Below, in pieces: positions 55,689 to 64,000 of a DNA stretch of 64,000 nucleotides (position 1 is the first letter of the stretch; each line of letters starts with the position of its first letter). Below the pieces are notes generated by a model. The model was not told the origin of the DNA and made no database searches. It saw only the letters and a list, made by a program, of their open reading frames with translations. The DNA is from a virus, in IMG/VR virus record IMGVR_UViG_3300044966_000489; one strand, 5' to 3'. Position numbers and translations under genes: made by a program.

Positions 55689-55721
55689 ACACAGGCACCC
55701 TACACCATACATCATACCCCG

Positions 55722-55928
55722 TCAACCGCGAAAAGAGAAAATTTTTCCGCCAAGTATTTTGCTTTTCTTGAAAGCTTTGTAATCATTATCATTCTCCAAA
55801 TCAAACCCATAGATGTACTCGTTATCTTCTTTGATGGCATTAATTATTCTCCACTTAGTAAGATTTTTATTGCAATAAACGAACTCAAGAGTATTATTTA
55901 CGTTGTCGGTGGCATTATTTGGCTTCAT
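55722..55928 (-). CDS. Small hypothetical protein (WYL/SH3-like)
   Basis: 68 aa; F.Y.......R.........GFD......KAFK..KI pattern. Confidence 0.5.
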   Translation of the reverse strand: MKPNNATDNVNNTLEFVYCNKNLTKWRIINAIKEDNEYIYGFDLENDNDYKAFKKSKILGGKIFSFRG

Positions 55929-55932
55929 TTGA

Positions 55933-56480
55933 TTTAATTATTTAGTCTGAAATCGCGCAAAATCCGCTATCATTTAGTTATTTAGTCTCAAATCGGGCAA
56001 AATTGTTTATTATTTCCTAGGGGTTTATATAACCTTATGAGTTATTATTTACTTTTCCCTAGGGTAAAATACAATTTAATTCGCCAAAAACTATCCCAAA
56101 TAATAATCATTATTTCGGAAAGTGCGATTTTACTGGGGTTTTCCGGTGTTTTCTGATTTGATGGGGAGTTTTGTTTACTTTTCCCTAGGGGTTTATATAA
56201 AAATGAACTTTTGCCTAGGGGTAAATACAAATTTATTGTTATTTAGCAGGGATTAGAATGAAATTTAATGATTATTGCGCGAAGAATCTGACAAAATTGC
56301 TATTAAAGTGCGTTTTTTTGTGATTTTCGGGGGGAATTAGTATTATTTAGTAATTATATTTTTGGCAAACCCATCATTATAACCCCATATCATACAATCC
56401 TATACAATATTCTCTTATATTACTCTATTATTCTATTACTCTCTATATATATCTTACCTATCTTATTCCTTTATCTATTG
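55933..56480. repeat. Iteron-like repeats and AT-rich tract, candidate replication origin
   Basis: Two copies of TATTTAGTCTSAAATCGSGCAAAAT, four CCTAGGG(G)T-cored repeats and a 114-nt G-free tract. Confidence 0.55.
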
Positions 56481-56683
56481 AAACTCAATAAAAAAGACAA
56501 AAACCCCAGTAAAACCAGAGTTTTTGCCTTGTTTTCAGAGAGGAAAAGTGATTGATTTTACTACTGTTTTCATCAGTAAAATACAGTCTATTCTTCAACC
56601 ACTCTTTGCTCTACTATTCTCTACTTTATTTAACTTATTACTACCTATAATAGACTACTTCTCTCTTATCTTAACAAAGGCGT

Positions 56684-56887
56684 TTAATCCTTTAAAACTA
56701 TATTAAATAAATCTCCCCCGCGAGCTTTATTATATACCACTTGAAGAGCTTCAGAAGGTATACAAGTGTCACAAATTACCTGAGACTTATTAAATTTATC
56801 ATTAACAAAGTCCCAACCTTTCATCCACGCTTCTTTAGTGTCTTTGAATGTTTCTTTCTTGTTGCAACCGCAGCACTCTATTATCAT
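56684..56887 (-). CDS. Small zinc-binding protein
   Basis: CCGC...GW...CDTC. Confidence 0.6.
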   Translation of the reverse strand: MIIECCGCNKKETFKDTKEAWMKGWDFVNDKFNKSQVICDTCIPSEALQVVYNKARGGDLFNIVLKD

Positions 56888-57011
56888 ATTTATTTAATTA
56901 TAGGATTTGGATTTCTAGCTTCATTAGTTTGATGAAAATGACCGCACCTCGGGCAGGTAGTATACTTATAGTTAACTATTTGATTGCAGTCTTTGCAATT
57001 ATAATTACTAT

Positions 57012-57599
57012 TTAAATCTTTATCTTTGATTCTAGCTTTTGGATTAGGCTGTTTAGCTTTGTTAGGCATTTAGTAGACCCTCTTACTACTGCTCTTACTA
57101 CAGTATTATAAGGTCCATAGATGTATTTATAACGCCAAGTTTGGATGAAGTCACGCCTTTCTTCTAGTCTAAGGAAGAATTCTTTGTCGCTCTTCTTTCT
57201 TTCAGTATTGGAAGTGGCTTCAAAATTAAGCAATTTGATATCAGTTAACTTGCCGCCGACAAAGGTAGCAACGTACTGAATCCAATAATCATAATCAGTA
57301 TTATTAGAGTGACGGTAATCATAAAATTGAATAGTGCAAGTATTATTTAAAGGCTCAAGCCAAGTCTTGACAGTCTTTCCATATCCCGTTTTCTCTAAAA
57401 AGGTCTTGCCATTTGGATCTCCTTCTATCCATTCTGTCTCTCGACGCTCAACGGATAGTTGACCATCTTTATCGATAATGTAAATATCTAAAGCGCACTC
57501 AAAGTCTTTAGTTTGAAAACCGTATGAACCAGTGTACCCTTTGGGGTCTTCTGGCATTGGCAGTGTATATTGGCAATCTATGCTATCGTACATTCCCAT
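57012..57599 (-). CDS. Conserved phage hypothetical protein (MGMYD..FQTKDF)
   Basis: Start reassigned to MGMYDSIDC. Confidence 0.7.
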   Translation of the reverse strand: MGMYDSIDCQYTLPMPEDPKGYTGSYGFQTKDFECALDIYIIDKDGQLSVERRETEWIEGDPNGKTFLEKTGYGKTVKTWLEPLNNTCTIQFYDYRHSNNTDYDYWIQYVATFVGGKLTDIKLLNFEATSNTERKKSDKEFFLRLEERRDFIQTWRYKYIYGPYNTVVRAVVRGSTKCLTKLNSLIQKLESKIKI

Positions 57600-57600
57600 C

Positions 57601-57828
57601 TCAGTGTCCTCTTTTCTCGGTTTTGTAATCCATGACATCTTCAAAGAATTTAGCAAAGGCAAAATAATCATTTCTATCTGCATCGTTCATGCCTTTAGTA
57701 TCTACATGGCTCAGATAATCACAAATAAGACCAGCATAGTAAGAAGGCATGATAATATTCTTACCATCAAACTTCAAATCATCCGATACAACAGGATATT
57801 TATCTTTGAGATATAATTCTTTTTCCAT
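57601..57828 (-). CDS. Hypothetical protein
   Basis: Tightly packed ORF. Confidence 0.6.
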   Translation of the reverse strand: MEKELYLKDKYPVVSDDLKFDGKNIIMPSYYAGLICDYLSHVDTKGMNDADRNDYFAFAKFFEDVMDYKTEKRGH

Positions 57829-58025
57829 TATAGTTTCTCTTTGAGAGTGGACTCCGCAGACATTTTCAAATCATTACCGTCAAGATTAGAAAACTTATGA
57901 CGAGTCCCTTTAACAGAGATCTCGTCAGTAGCCCCAAATCTATTAACAAATAGCTCCGCCACTTTATGCAGTGGGTTTCTATCTTTAATGAGTTGCTTAA
58001 CATACATTGCCTGTTGGTAAGTCAT
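57828..58025 (-). CDS. Hypothetical protein
   Basis: Leaderless promoter TTTACA-N17-TATAAT directly upstream. Confidence 0.65.
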   Translation of the reverse strand: MTYQQAMYVKQLIKDRNPLHKVAELFVNRFGATDEISVKGTRHKFSNLDGNDLKMSAESTLKEKL

Positions 58026-58060
58026 AAAAAATTATAACCTCCAACGGGCAGAATGTAAAT

Positions 58061-58246
58061 TTATTCTCCCTTTTTAAAGCTGTCTTTGACACTTAGGAGA
58101 AGCTCATGTATAGTATCTAAAGATCTAACTCTGTCTTTATAAAGACTTTCTGTCTTGTATTTCTCATCTTCAATTCTTTTAATGAGATCATTTATTTTGT
58201 GCATTGTTAGGACTGGCTTGCCTCTTTCAAACTCTGAGATATTCAT
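58061..58246 (-). CDS. Hypothetical protein
   Basis: Tightly packed ORF. Confidence 0.55.
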   Translation of the reverse strand: MNISEFERGKPVLTMHKINDLIKRIEDEKYKTESLYKDRVRSLDTIHELLLSVKDSFKKGE

Positions 58247-58249
58247 ACA

Positions 58250-58579
58250 TTATTGTACTTTTAAGACATACAAACCTCCAGAAAAAGATGCTCTCCAAAA
58301 TACGCTCCAGAAGGGAGTCTTTTCCATAGCATTAATCACTTGTTCATTGCCGCTCCAGCCGCCAGTAGCAATTTCTAACGCTTTGAATTCTTTGTCTTTG
58401 AAAGCCGAGAGTTTATTATAATCATTAATAATCTCCCATCTTCCATAATGTTTATTAAAAGCAGTCTCAGCAAAGGCCAAGAATGATTCAGGCTCCCAGT
58501 TATTATTTCTATACCAATAACTGATTAAAGCCAGCGTTTCATCTGTTGGATAACCGTCTGAATCGAATGTCGCTTTCAT
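58250..58579 (-). CDS. Conserved phage hypothetical protein (DGYPT...TGGWSGNE)
   Basis: Motif-rich 109-aa ORF. Confidence 0.7.
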   Translation of the reverse strand: MKATFDSDGYPTDETLALISYWYRNNNWEPESFLAFAETAFNKHYGRWEIINDYNKLSAFKDKEFKALEIATGGWSGNEQVINAMEKTPFWSVFWRASFSGGLYVLKVQ

Positions 58580-58767
58580 TTTTTATCAGGACTCCTAAAC
58601 CACACACAAAATTGCACCAATGTGCGTATCCCCCAAGCTTGGAGGAGACCAATTTTTTTAGCCATTATTAATTCTGGCATTAGCCAATTCCATAAATAGT
58701 AAATACATATTATAGAAATAACATTAACTAATATTTCTATCAGTATAGCCCTTAATATTATTTTCAT
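58576..58767 (-). CDS. Small membrane protein
   Basis: Hydrophobic, with an LWNWLMP motif. Confidence 0.65.
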   Translation of the reverse strand: MKIILRAILIEILVNVISIICIYYLWNWLMPELIMAKKIGLLQAWGIRTLVQFCVWFRSPDKK

Positions 58768-59342
58768 AGGCTATCGTATAAATCTTTTATCCACTTATTG
58801 CGCTGCTTGATATTATTAATATCTCTAGCTTCGTATTCTTTATGACGTTCGATAGATCTATTGTGTTCTGTAAGCTTCTTTGTTACATAATCTTTGTAAG
58901 TCATAGCGGAAACAACTTTGATCTCATGCTCGTAATAATCAAGTCCACCACAATCAAAACTCCTTGAATCAGTCAACTGTTCAATCATAAAAGCTTTTAG
59001 TCGCTCATGTTCTTTGGTAGGCGGTTGCCAGTTCTTAGCATTTTCAAGAATATCAGAGTAACGCTTTTTTAGTTCGTTTTTTTCTTTTATGCTTTTTTCG
59101 TAGTCAGCTATTGTTTCCTTAACATAAGATTCAAATTGAGCTTTAGTAGGCTTTTTGAATTCGCCAAGATTCTTCAGCTTCTCTGTATGATAAGACTCTT
59201 CTGGCATGATCTTTGGCTTTACGTCAGCAGGATCATCGCGTTGCATTACACAAGCACCAAACGCTCTAGCGCAACCTAGAGCGAAGTCCTTGAATGTTAC
59301 TTCTTTACCATTATATATATCTGATGTATATCCACTAGGCAT
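58764..59342 (-). CDS. Conserved phage hypothetical protein (MPSGYT..F.L.CARAFGA)
   Basis: Start reassigned to MPSGYT. Confidence 0.7.
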   Translation of the reverse strand: MPSGYTSDIYNGKEVTFKDFALGCARAFGACVMQRDDPADVKPKIMPEESYHTEKLKNLGEFKKPTKAQFESYVKETIADYEKSIKEKNELKKRYSDILENAKNWQPPTKEHERLKAFMIEQLTDSRSFDCGGLDYYEHEIKVVSAMTYKDYVTKKLTEHNRSIERHKEYEARDINNIKQRNKWIKDLYDSL

Positions 59343-59346
59343 ATTT

Positions 59347-59754
59347 TTAAAATTTAATCTTCTTTGAGTTTCTGCTGCAATTCCATGAGTCAGGTGCAAA
59401 ATAAACTACTGCTTGATATTTCAGATTCTGAAAACAAACATAATCCATTTTCTTATTAAAATCATCGTAATCCAACTTAACTGAAATACGAGGATTCATT
59501 TGGCAATCGTCGATTTGATATGGATAATCTCTGAACTCTAGTTCTACGCCCACGATTTTATCGCTGCTGTAAGTAACGCAGCCTTGCGAAGCGTATTTGA
59601 GTTTATGGCTACCTGTTTTACTATTCCAATCAACGACAACAGCAACAAAGCCATTCTCCATTTCGTAAGCGTCAAGAATTTTTGCGCCGAAACCAATTTT
59701 GGTGAGGTGGTCCACTTCATCGTCCATCAAACTGAACTCTAAGTATGCTCTCAT
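59347..59754 (-). CDS. Hypothetical protein
   Basis: Leaderless promoter TTGACG-N17-CATACT-N6-ATG. Confidence 0.7.
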   Translation of the reverse strand: MRAYLEFSLMDDEVDHLTKIGFGAKILDAYEMENGFVAVVVDWNSKTGSHKLKYASQGCVTYSSDKIVGVELEFRDYPYQIDDCQMNPRISVKLDYDDFNKKMDYVCFQNLKYQAVVYFAPDSWNCSRNSKKIKF

Positions 59755-59784
59755 GTGGGCAGTATGGCAGAAATTTGCGAGTCG

Positions 59785-60117
59785 TCAAGTGATATCTTTG
59801 GTTGTTACTCCGCAATTCAAGAAATCTTTTTTATTTAAGATAAACGTCTGGTCTTTGATATAAATATATTCGCTACTTTTATCATTCAATTGTTTGTAAA
59901 TATCATCCACTATCAATTGCAGATCTTCTTTGATCTTTTTTGAATTCTTATTCATCTCTTCGTCACTATTAGCTTTAACTTCGTAACGATAATAGCTAGT
60001 ATAAGCTTTACCGTTTTGAAGATAAGAAATATCTAAACTAATTTGTTTATTTTTTGTTACTGCATAAGCAGGGACAGGCATGGCTGCAATTTTTGGGCTT
60101 TTTTTATTGAAGAACAT
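59785..60117 (-). CDS. Hypothetical protein
   Basis: Start reassigned to MFFNKK to avoid overlap. Confidence 0.55.
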   Translation of the reverse strand: MFFNKKSPKIAAMPVPAYAVTKNKQISLDISYLQNGKAYTSYYRYEVKANSDEEMNKNSKKIKEDLQLIVDDIYKQLNDKSSEYIYIKDQTFILNKKDFLNCGVTTKDIT

Positions 60118-60124
60118 ATTGTTT

Positions 60125-60484
60125 TTATTTTTTTTGCACGGCGAAGTTTTCCATATCAACTTCAACGTATTCTATAATGCCAAGTTTTTCAAGTTCATCT
60201 CTCAGCTTTTTAATTTCATCAGACGGAACATAAAAATAAGGATGTCTATTACTAGCATTTAAAAGATGCTTATAGATAGACTCAGTAATAATTTTACCAT
60301 GAAAATGAAGCAAAAGAGCAGACTTAGCGAATGCTTTATTGCGCCAAACTGTTTTTTTGCTACTTGTAGCAATAAATTCGCCATTGAATTTAATTCGACA
60401 TGGGCGAGTTTTTACAGTTTTAGGGTATTTTGCATTTTCAAAAGAACTTTTAATTGCTGCAATGACTTCGGGAGGTATATTCAT
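60125..60484 (-). CDS. Hypothetical protein
   Basis: Tightly packed ORF. Confidence 0.6.
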   Translation of the reverse strand: MNIPPEVIAAIKSSFENAKYPKTVKTRPCRIKFNGEFIATSSKKTVWRNKAFAKSALLLHFHGKIITESIYKHLLNASNRHPYFYVPSDEIKKLRDELEKLGIIEYVEVDMENFAVQKK

Positions 60485-60485
60485 A

Positions 60486-60911
60486 TTACTTCTTAGTTAC
60501 ATATTCAAGGATATAAACTCGGGGAGCGAGTTTGATCTTAATGATTGTTTCGATGTTATCTTTGATAGGTATCATTGAGGCGACTGCTAAACCGATACAA
60601 AGTACAAGAGTAAGTGAATAAATTACAACTTCAGGTTCATAAGATTCTAGCTTTTCGAGCTTTTTCTTGAGCCAAATAATTGCGCCCAAAAGGATAATAA
60701 CCCCAATACTATAAAAAATACAATTAAATATCGCGTCTCCCATCTTCCAAGATAGAAACTCTTGGACAACAATCGGGGCTTGCTCCATAGCAAAGTCAAC
60801 GGCTTTTGCCAAGCCAACTTTACTTGTTGCATACATTTCAGATCCAGCATCCTTGACTCCTTTGAGGACATCAATAAGAATACTATTTACGGTTTCTTGG
60901 GTGTTTGTCAT
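60486..60911 (-). CDS. Two-TM membrane protein
   Basis: Two hydrophobic segments; EQAP and APRVYILEY motifs. Confidence 0.7.
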   Translation of the reverse strand: MTNTQETVNSILIDVLKGVKDAGSEMYATSKVGLAKAVDFAMEQAPIVVQEFLSWKMGDAIFNCIFYSIGVIILLGAIIWLKKKLEKLESYEPEVVIYSLTLVLCIGLAVASMIPIKDNIETIIKIKLAPRVYILEYVTKK

Positions 60912-61031
60912 TTTTAAGTTTTTTTTTTGCGATTTCGGATAATGGAAGAGTCTTTTCTAACTGTCGAAGGGCAGTATGATCGTCTTTCAGGGCGTTGTCA
61001 AGGCGATCTTGCAGGGTTGCGAGCTTATTTT

Positions 61032-61229
61032 TCAAGGCTTTTGCAGTTTATAATCAGGTATTTGCCCAGCCATCCAAAAAAAATCCTCTTCAAAAGAATA
61101 ATAAAAAGTCTGCTCAGTAACAGGATTGTATGCTTCAATTACAATTCTATCGTTAATTTCGCGTTGCTTGCCACGAAATTCATATTGAGGGTATTTCTTT
61201 TTTATTTCTTCAGGAACGTGGATGTTCAT
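61032..61229 (-). CDS. Small hypothetical protein
   Basis: Start MNIHVP. Confidence 0.55.
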   Translation of the reverse strand: MNIHVPEEIKKKYPQYEFRGKQREINDRIVIEAYNPVTEQTFYYSFEEDFFWMAGQIPDYKLQKP

Positions 61230-61231
61230 AT

Positions 61232-61678
61232 TTAATAGACATAATCTGTATGATTGCACTTGTTACATTGCACACCTCGTTTAGGAGGATATGTTGTCAA
61301 CATAACATTGGGATTAGAATAATACAATTCTTCTCCACACTTTGGGCAAGCAAAGTTAGAGTTTAGGTTATTGACTGCGGCAAAATTAATATACGCTTGT
61401 TTATTATGCTCCTCCAAAGATTTCAAATTCTTTTTTGGAACTTCTGTTTGCTTTTTAACATATTCTTCAACTTTAAGCAATCTGCTATTTAAGACTGCGA
61501 TTCTGTTATGAGCGCACTGTAGTGTTTCGTGAAATTTATAACCCTCCCGCTTCTCTATAATCGTAGGCGTTCCACCTCGCATATCAGAGTAGTAAGATCC
61601 GCATGCAAAAAGAGAATGATATTCACCTTTTACTTCATATGCGTCACAATTTGGGCAGGTTTTAATATTGTTACTCAT
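61232..61678 (-). CDS. Zinc-ribbon protein
   Basis: CPNC, CPKCG and CNKC motifs. Confidence 0.65.
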   Translation of the reverse strand: MSNNIKTCPNCDAYEVKGEYHSLFACGSYYSDMRGGTPTIIEKREGYKFHETLQCAHNRIAVLNSRLLKVEEYVKKQTEVPKKNLKSLEEHNKQAYINFAAVNNLNSNFACPKCGEELYYSNPNVMLTTYPPKRGVQCNKCNHTDYVY

Positions 61679-61774
61679 ATTACTTCAATATAATAATTCT
61701 TACTTTAGCTACCTTTGTTTTCGAGTTGGTTAAAAAGTATCTAGTATTTGGTTTTTCTGTGCTAATATTAGTAT

Positions 61775-61981
61775 TCATATAGAAAAATTCACTGGTTGAT
61801 CAACTATTCTCGGTATTCCTTTTTCATCACACGCTTTATGATTAAATGATTCATCAAATGCCTTAATCTCTTCTAAATTAGAACTATAAATGAATGCGTA
61901 TCCAATTTTAGCCATAATAGTTCTTTCGTGGCTTGATAATACTCGTTTATAAGATGGAAATTGATTGATAATGTCACTCAT
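61775..61981 (-). CDS. Small hypothetical protein
   Basis: 68-aa ORF. Confidence 0.5.
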   Translation of the reverse strand: MSDIINQFPSYKRVLSSHERTIMAKIGYAFIYSSNLEEIKAFDESFNHKACDEKGIPRIVDQPVNFSI

Positions 61982-62143
61982 ATTTAGTTAGAATATATTC
62001 ACCCACTTCAGAATCAAATTTGGCATCATTGAAATAAAACAATGGTACAGATGGTAAAACAACAAGTTCATCAGTAGTTACATTGTATCCGTGACTCACC
62101 ATTTTGGTATTTGTTTCTTCATCAAGATAAGTGATTAGAACAA

Positions 62144-62560
62144 TCATTTTAATAGTTGTGGACCCTCAAAAATATTGCCAATAATGACGGATTCAAATGC
62201 TACATCACAATTTAGATTTGTGATTTTATAATCTTGGCCTCGCCGTTTCCACTGAAAGATAAAACCGCCGTAGTCAGATTCATATAATACTTGTCCAATT
62301 ATATTATTACTTACATCATAATGATTTTTTAAGATATCACCCTCGTAAATAGGGTCATCATTGCTATCAGTTAAGCCAGTATATTGTTGAGTGACAAAAT
62401 TATCGTGTTTCAATAGCTCAGACAAACCAACCAAATTAGCCTCCCCGGTTATCTCCTCACCATCTAAACTATAAGGAATATGCCAATAATAGATGCCTAG
62501 TTCTTGAAGATATTGGTTTGTGATCTTATCCCACACTCTAAATTTAAAGCGGTTATTCAT
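62144..62560 (-). CDS. YopX-family protein
   Basis: KFRVWDK...QQYTGLTD....IYEGDIL...IIGNIFE. Confidence 0.9.
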   Translation of the reverse strand: MNNRFKFRVWDKITNQYLQELGIYYWHIPYSLDGEEITGEANLVGLSELLKHDNFVTQQYTGLTDSNDDPIYEGDILKNHYDVSNNIIGQVLYESDYGGFIFQWKRRGQDYKITNLNCDVAFESVIIGNIFEGPQLLK

Positions 62561-62561
62561 A

Positions 62562-62933
62562 TTATTTTAATAGTTCACTATGTTCAAAAATATTACCAAT
62601 TACTTCAATATGTTTTTTTTCATATATTTGAGTAAAATAACTAGTTTGTCCCCTTAATTTATTTTCGCCACATACTTTTATGTCGTATCTGGCATAGTTT
62701 TCATCAAATATGATTTCATATTTTTGTTTTTGAGTGTCTATGATGATGTCACCTTCAAATATTTCCTTGTCATTTTTATCAGTTAAGCCGGTATATTGCA
62801 TCAATTCATAACCGGGATAATCTACAAAGTCTTGCCAGAAATGATGTAATTGAGCATCATATAACATATTCTTAGTAGACATTCCTTTGGTTTCTCTTTT
62901 ATCCCACACTCTAAATTTAATTGGTCTGTTCAT
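62562..62933 (-). CDS. YopX-family protein
   Basis: IKFRVWDK...LMQYTGLTDKN..EIFEGDII...EVIGNIFE. Confidence 0.9.
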   Translation of the reverse strand: MNRPIKFRVWDKRETKGMSTKNMLYDAQLHHFWQDFVDYPGYELMQYTGLTDKNDKEIFEGDIIIDTQKQKYEIIFDENYARYDIKVCGENKLRGQTSYFTQIYEKKHIEVIGNIFEHSELLK

Positions 62934-63140
62934 ATTAGTTTAAATATAATAGCTCCTTAATGCAAGTCCAATTGTTTTGTGATTGCCAATCTTCAGGCTT
63001 AGATTTGCGCTTTCTTTTACATGTAAAAATTAATTTATTAAATATATAACAACGAATCGTTATGTAATAATTATTACTTAAATCGTGATAACTAGATGAA
63101 AGTAGTTTGAACATATTAGTTTTATACTTTACCACACACT

Positions 63141-63488
63141 TTATAACAAGTCAACTTTTTTCTGAAATGCGCTATTTTTATCTCGCCAATGAAGATCTGG
63201 AATGCCTCGTTTATCTGCTACAAATTGAGACACGCCATCCCATCGTTTTTCTTTAAACATTTCAAATAGTTTTGGCAATTCATCATAAGTAACAGACTCA
63301 GCATCTGAAGCGGGAACAAAGTAATCATTGATTAAAATATACAATCCCAAACACTCTTTTTGAGTGCATCTATCAATTGCCGTGGTTACAAACAATACAC
63401 CTTCATCTAATAAATAAGCAACCATACTTTCATAGTCTGGCTCCATCTTACCATAGATGTCATAATAATATGTGCGGGTATCAGTCAT
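63141..63488 (-). CDS. Hypothetical protein
   Basis: 115-aa ORF. Confidence 0.65.
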   Translation of the reverse strand: MTDTRTYYYDIYGKMEPDYESMVAYLLDEGVLFVTTAIDRCTQKECLGLYILINDYFVPASDAESVTYDELPKLFEMFKEKRWDGVSQFVADKRGIPDLHWRDKNSAFQKKVDLL

Positions 63489-63667
63489 ATTTGCTATCTT
63501 TATTTATAGTGGCACTAGAATAATAATTAATTTCGCCGCACAATTTGCATATATTTATAGCACCTATATGTACACAAGTAGATCTCCACTCAGAAGATTC
63601 GATGCCAGTCTTTCTATTTCTTACTTGCACACGGATTTTATGTTTACAAGTATTTTTCATTTGGATG

Positions 63668-63889
63668 TCAACCTTGAATATACCTGATATTATCTTCAAA
63701 CTTTCTTCGTCTGGCTTCTGCCTCGGCAGTAGTAGTTGGAGGATCTAATGGCTTAGGCCAAGGAATATCTTTTTCATCATCCACAATAGTCATATCAAAT
63801 TCATCAATACCACACAATTCACCATCTTCTCGTTCTTCGCCTAGTTTATATCCAAGTGCTGTCTCATAGTAATATTCACACACACGCAT
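63668..63889 (-). CDS. Small acidic hypothetical protein
   Basis: 73-aa ORF with a GAGG SD upstream. Confidence 0.55.
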   Translation of the reverse strand: MRVCEYYYETALGYKLGEEREDGELCGIDEFDMTIVDDEKDIPWPKPLDPPTTTAEAEARRRKFEDNIRYIQG

Positions 63890-64000
63890 ACCTCTAACTA
63901 AGATACTGCCTGATTTAAGCCATTTATTGTATGACTCAAGCGTAATTCGTTTGCCATATTCATCATCATCAAATACTTCTGTTCCCGCCTTAAACCAAGT

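Noticed and set aside
56056-56094. Possible 15th copy of the element (AAAAACTAT at 56086)
   Set aside because: Only the right half-site is present; there is no ATAGTTT or GGG/CCC core at the required spacing.
1-64000. Stop-codon recoding
   Set aside because: Genes up to 9 kb are intact and densely packed in the standard code, and no suppressor tRNA was found.

Overview
This window is a 64-kb segment of a large, AT-rich tailed dsDNA phage (Caudoviricetes) that uses the standard genetic code. It has four parts. (1) 1-41.8 kb, almost all minus strand, is the virion and packaging module: neck/adaptor genes, an Ig protein, three LamG/CBM adhesins, two giant GNVGIGT-repeat fibre proteins, major capsid, decoration protein, protease/scaffold, portal, large terminase, an ERCC4 nuclease, a phage sigma factor, PhoH and an HNH protein. 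These units share a GTGTA(W) putative late-promoter motif. (2) 42.1-53 kb is the most unusual part. Fourteen copies of a fixed-length 39-bp dyad element (ATAGTTT-N8-GGGSWSCCC-N8-AAACTAT) divide it into self-contained promoter-gene(s)-terminator cassettes of 0.4-1.1 kb in mixed orientation and mosaic GC content. There is one element per junction, even between converging terminators. The array begins with seven sigma54-type (-24/-12) sites, mostly in head-to-head pairs. No recombinase is visible in the window. (3) 53-56.7 kb holds seven tRNAs, candidate structured ncRNAs and an iteron-like, AT-rich non-coding region that may be an origin. (4) 56.7-64 kb holds small minus-strand accessory genes, including two YopX genes. 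Family assignments come from recalled motifs, not database searches.
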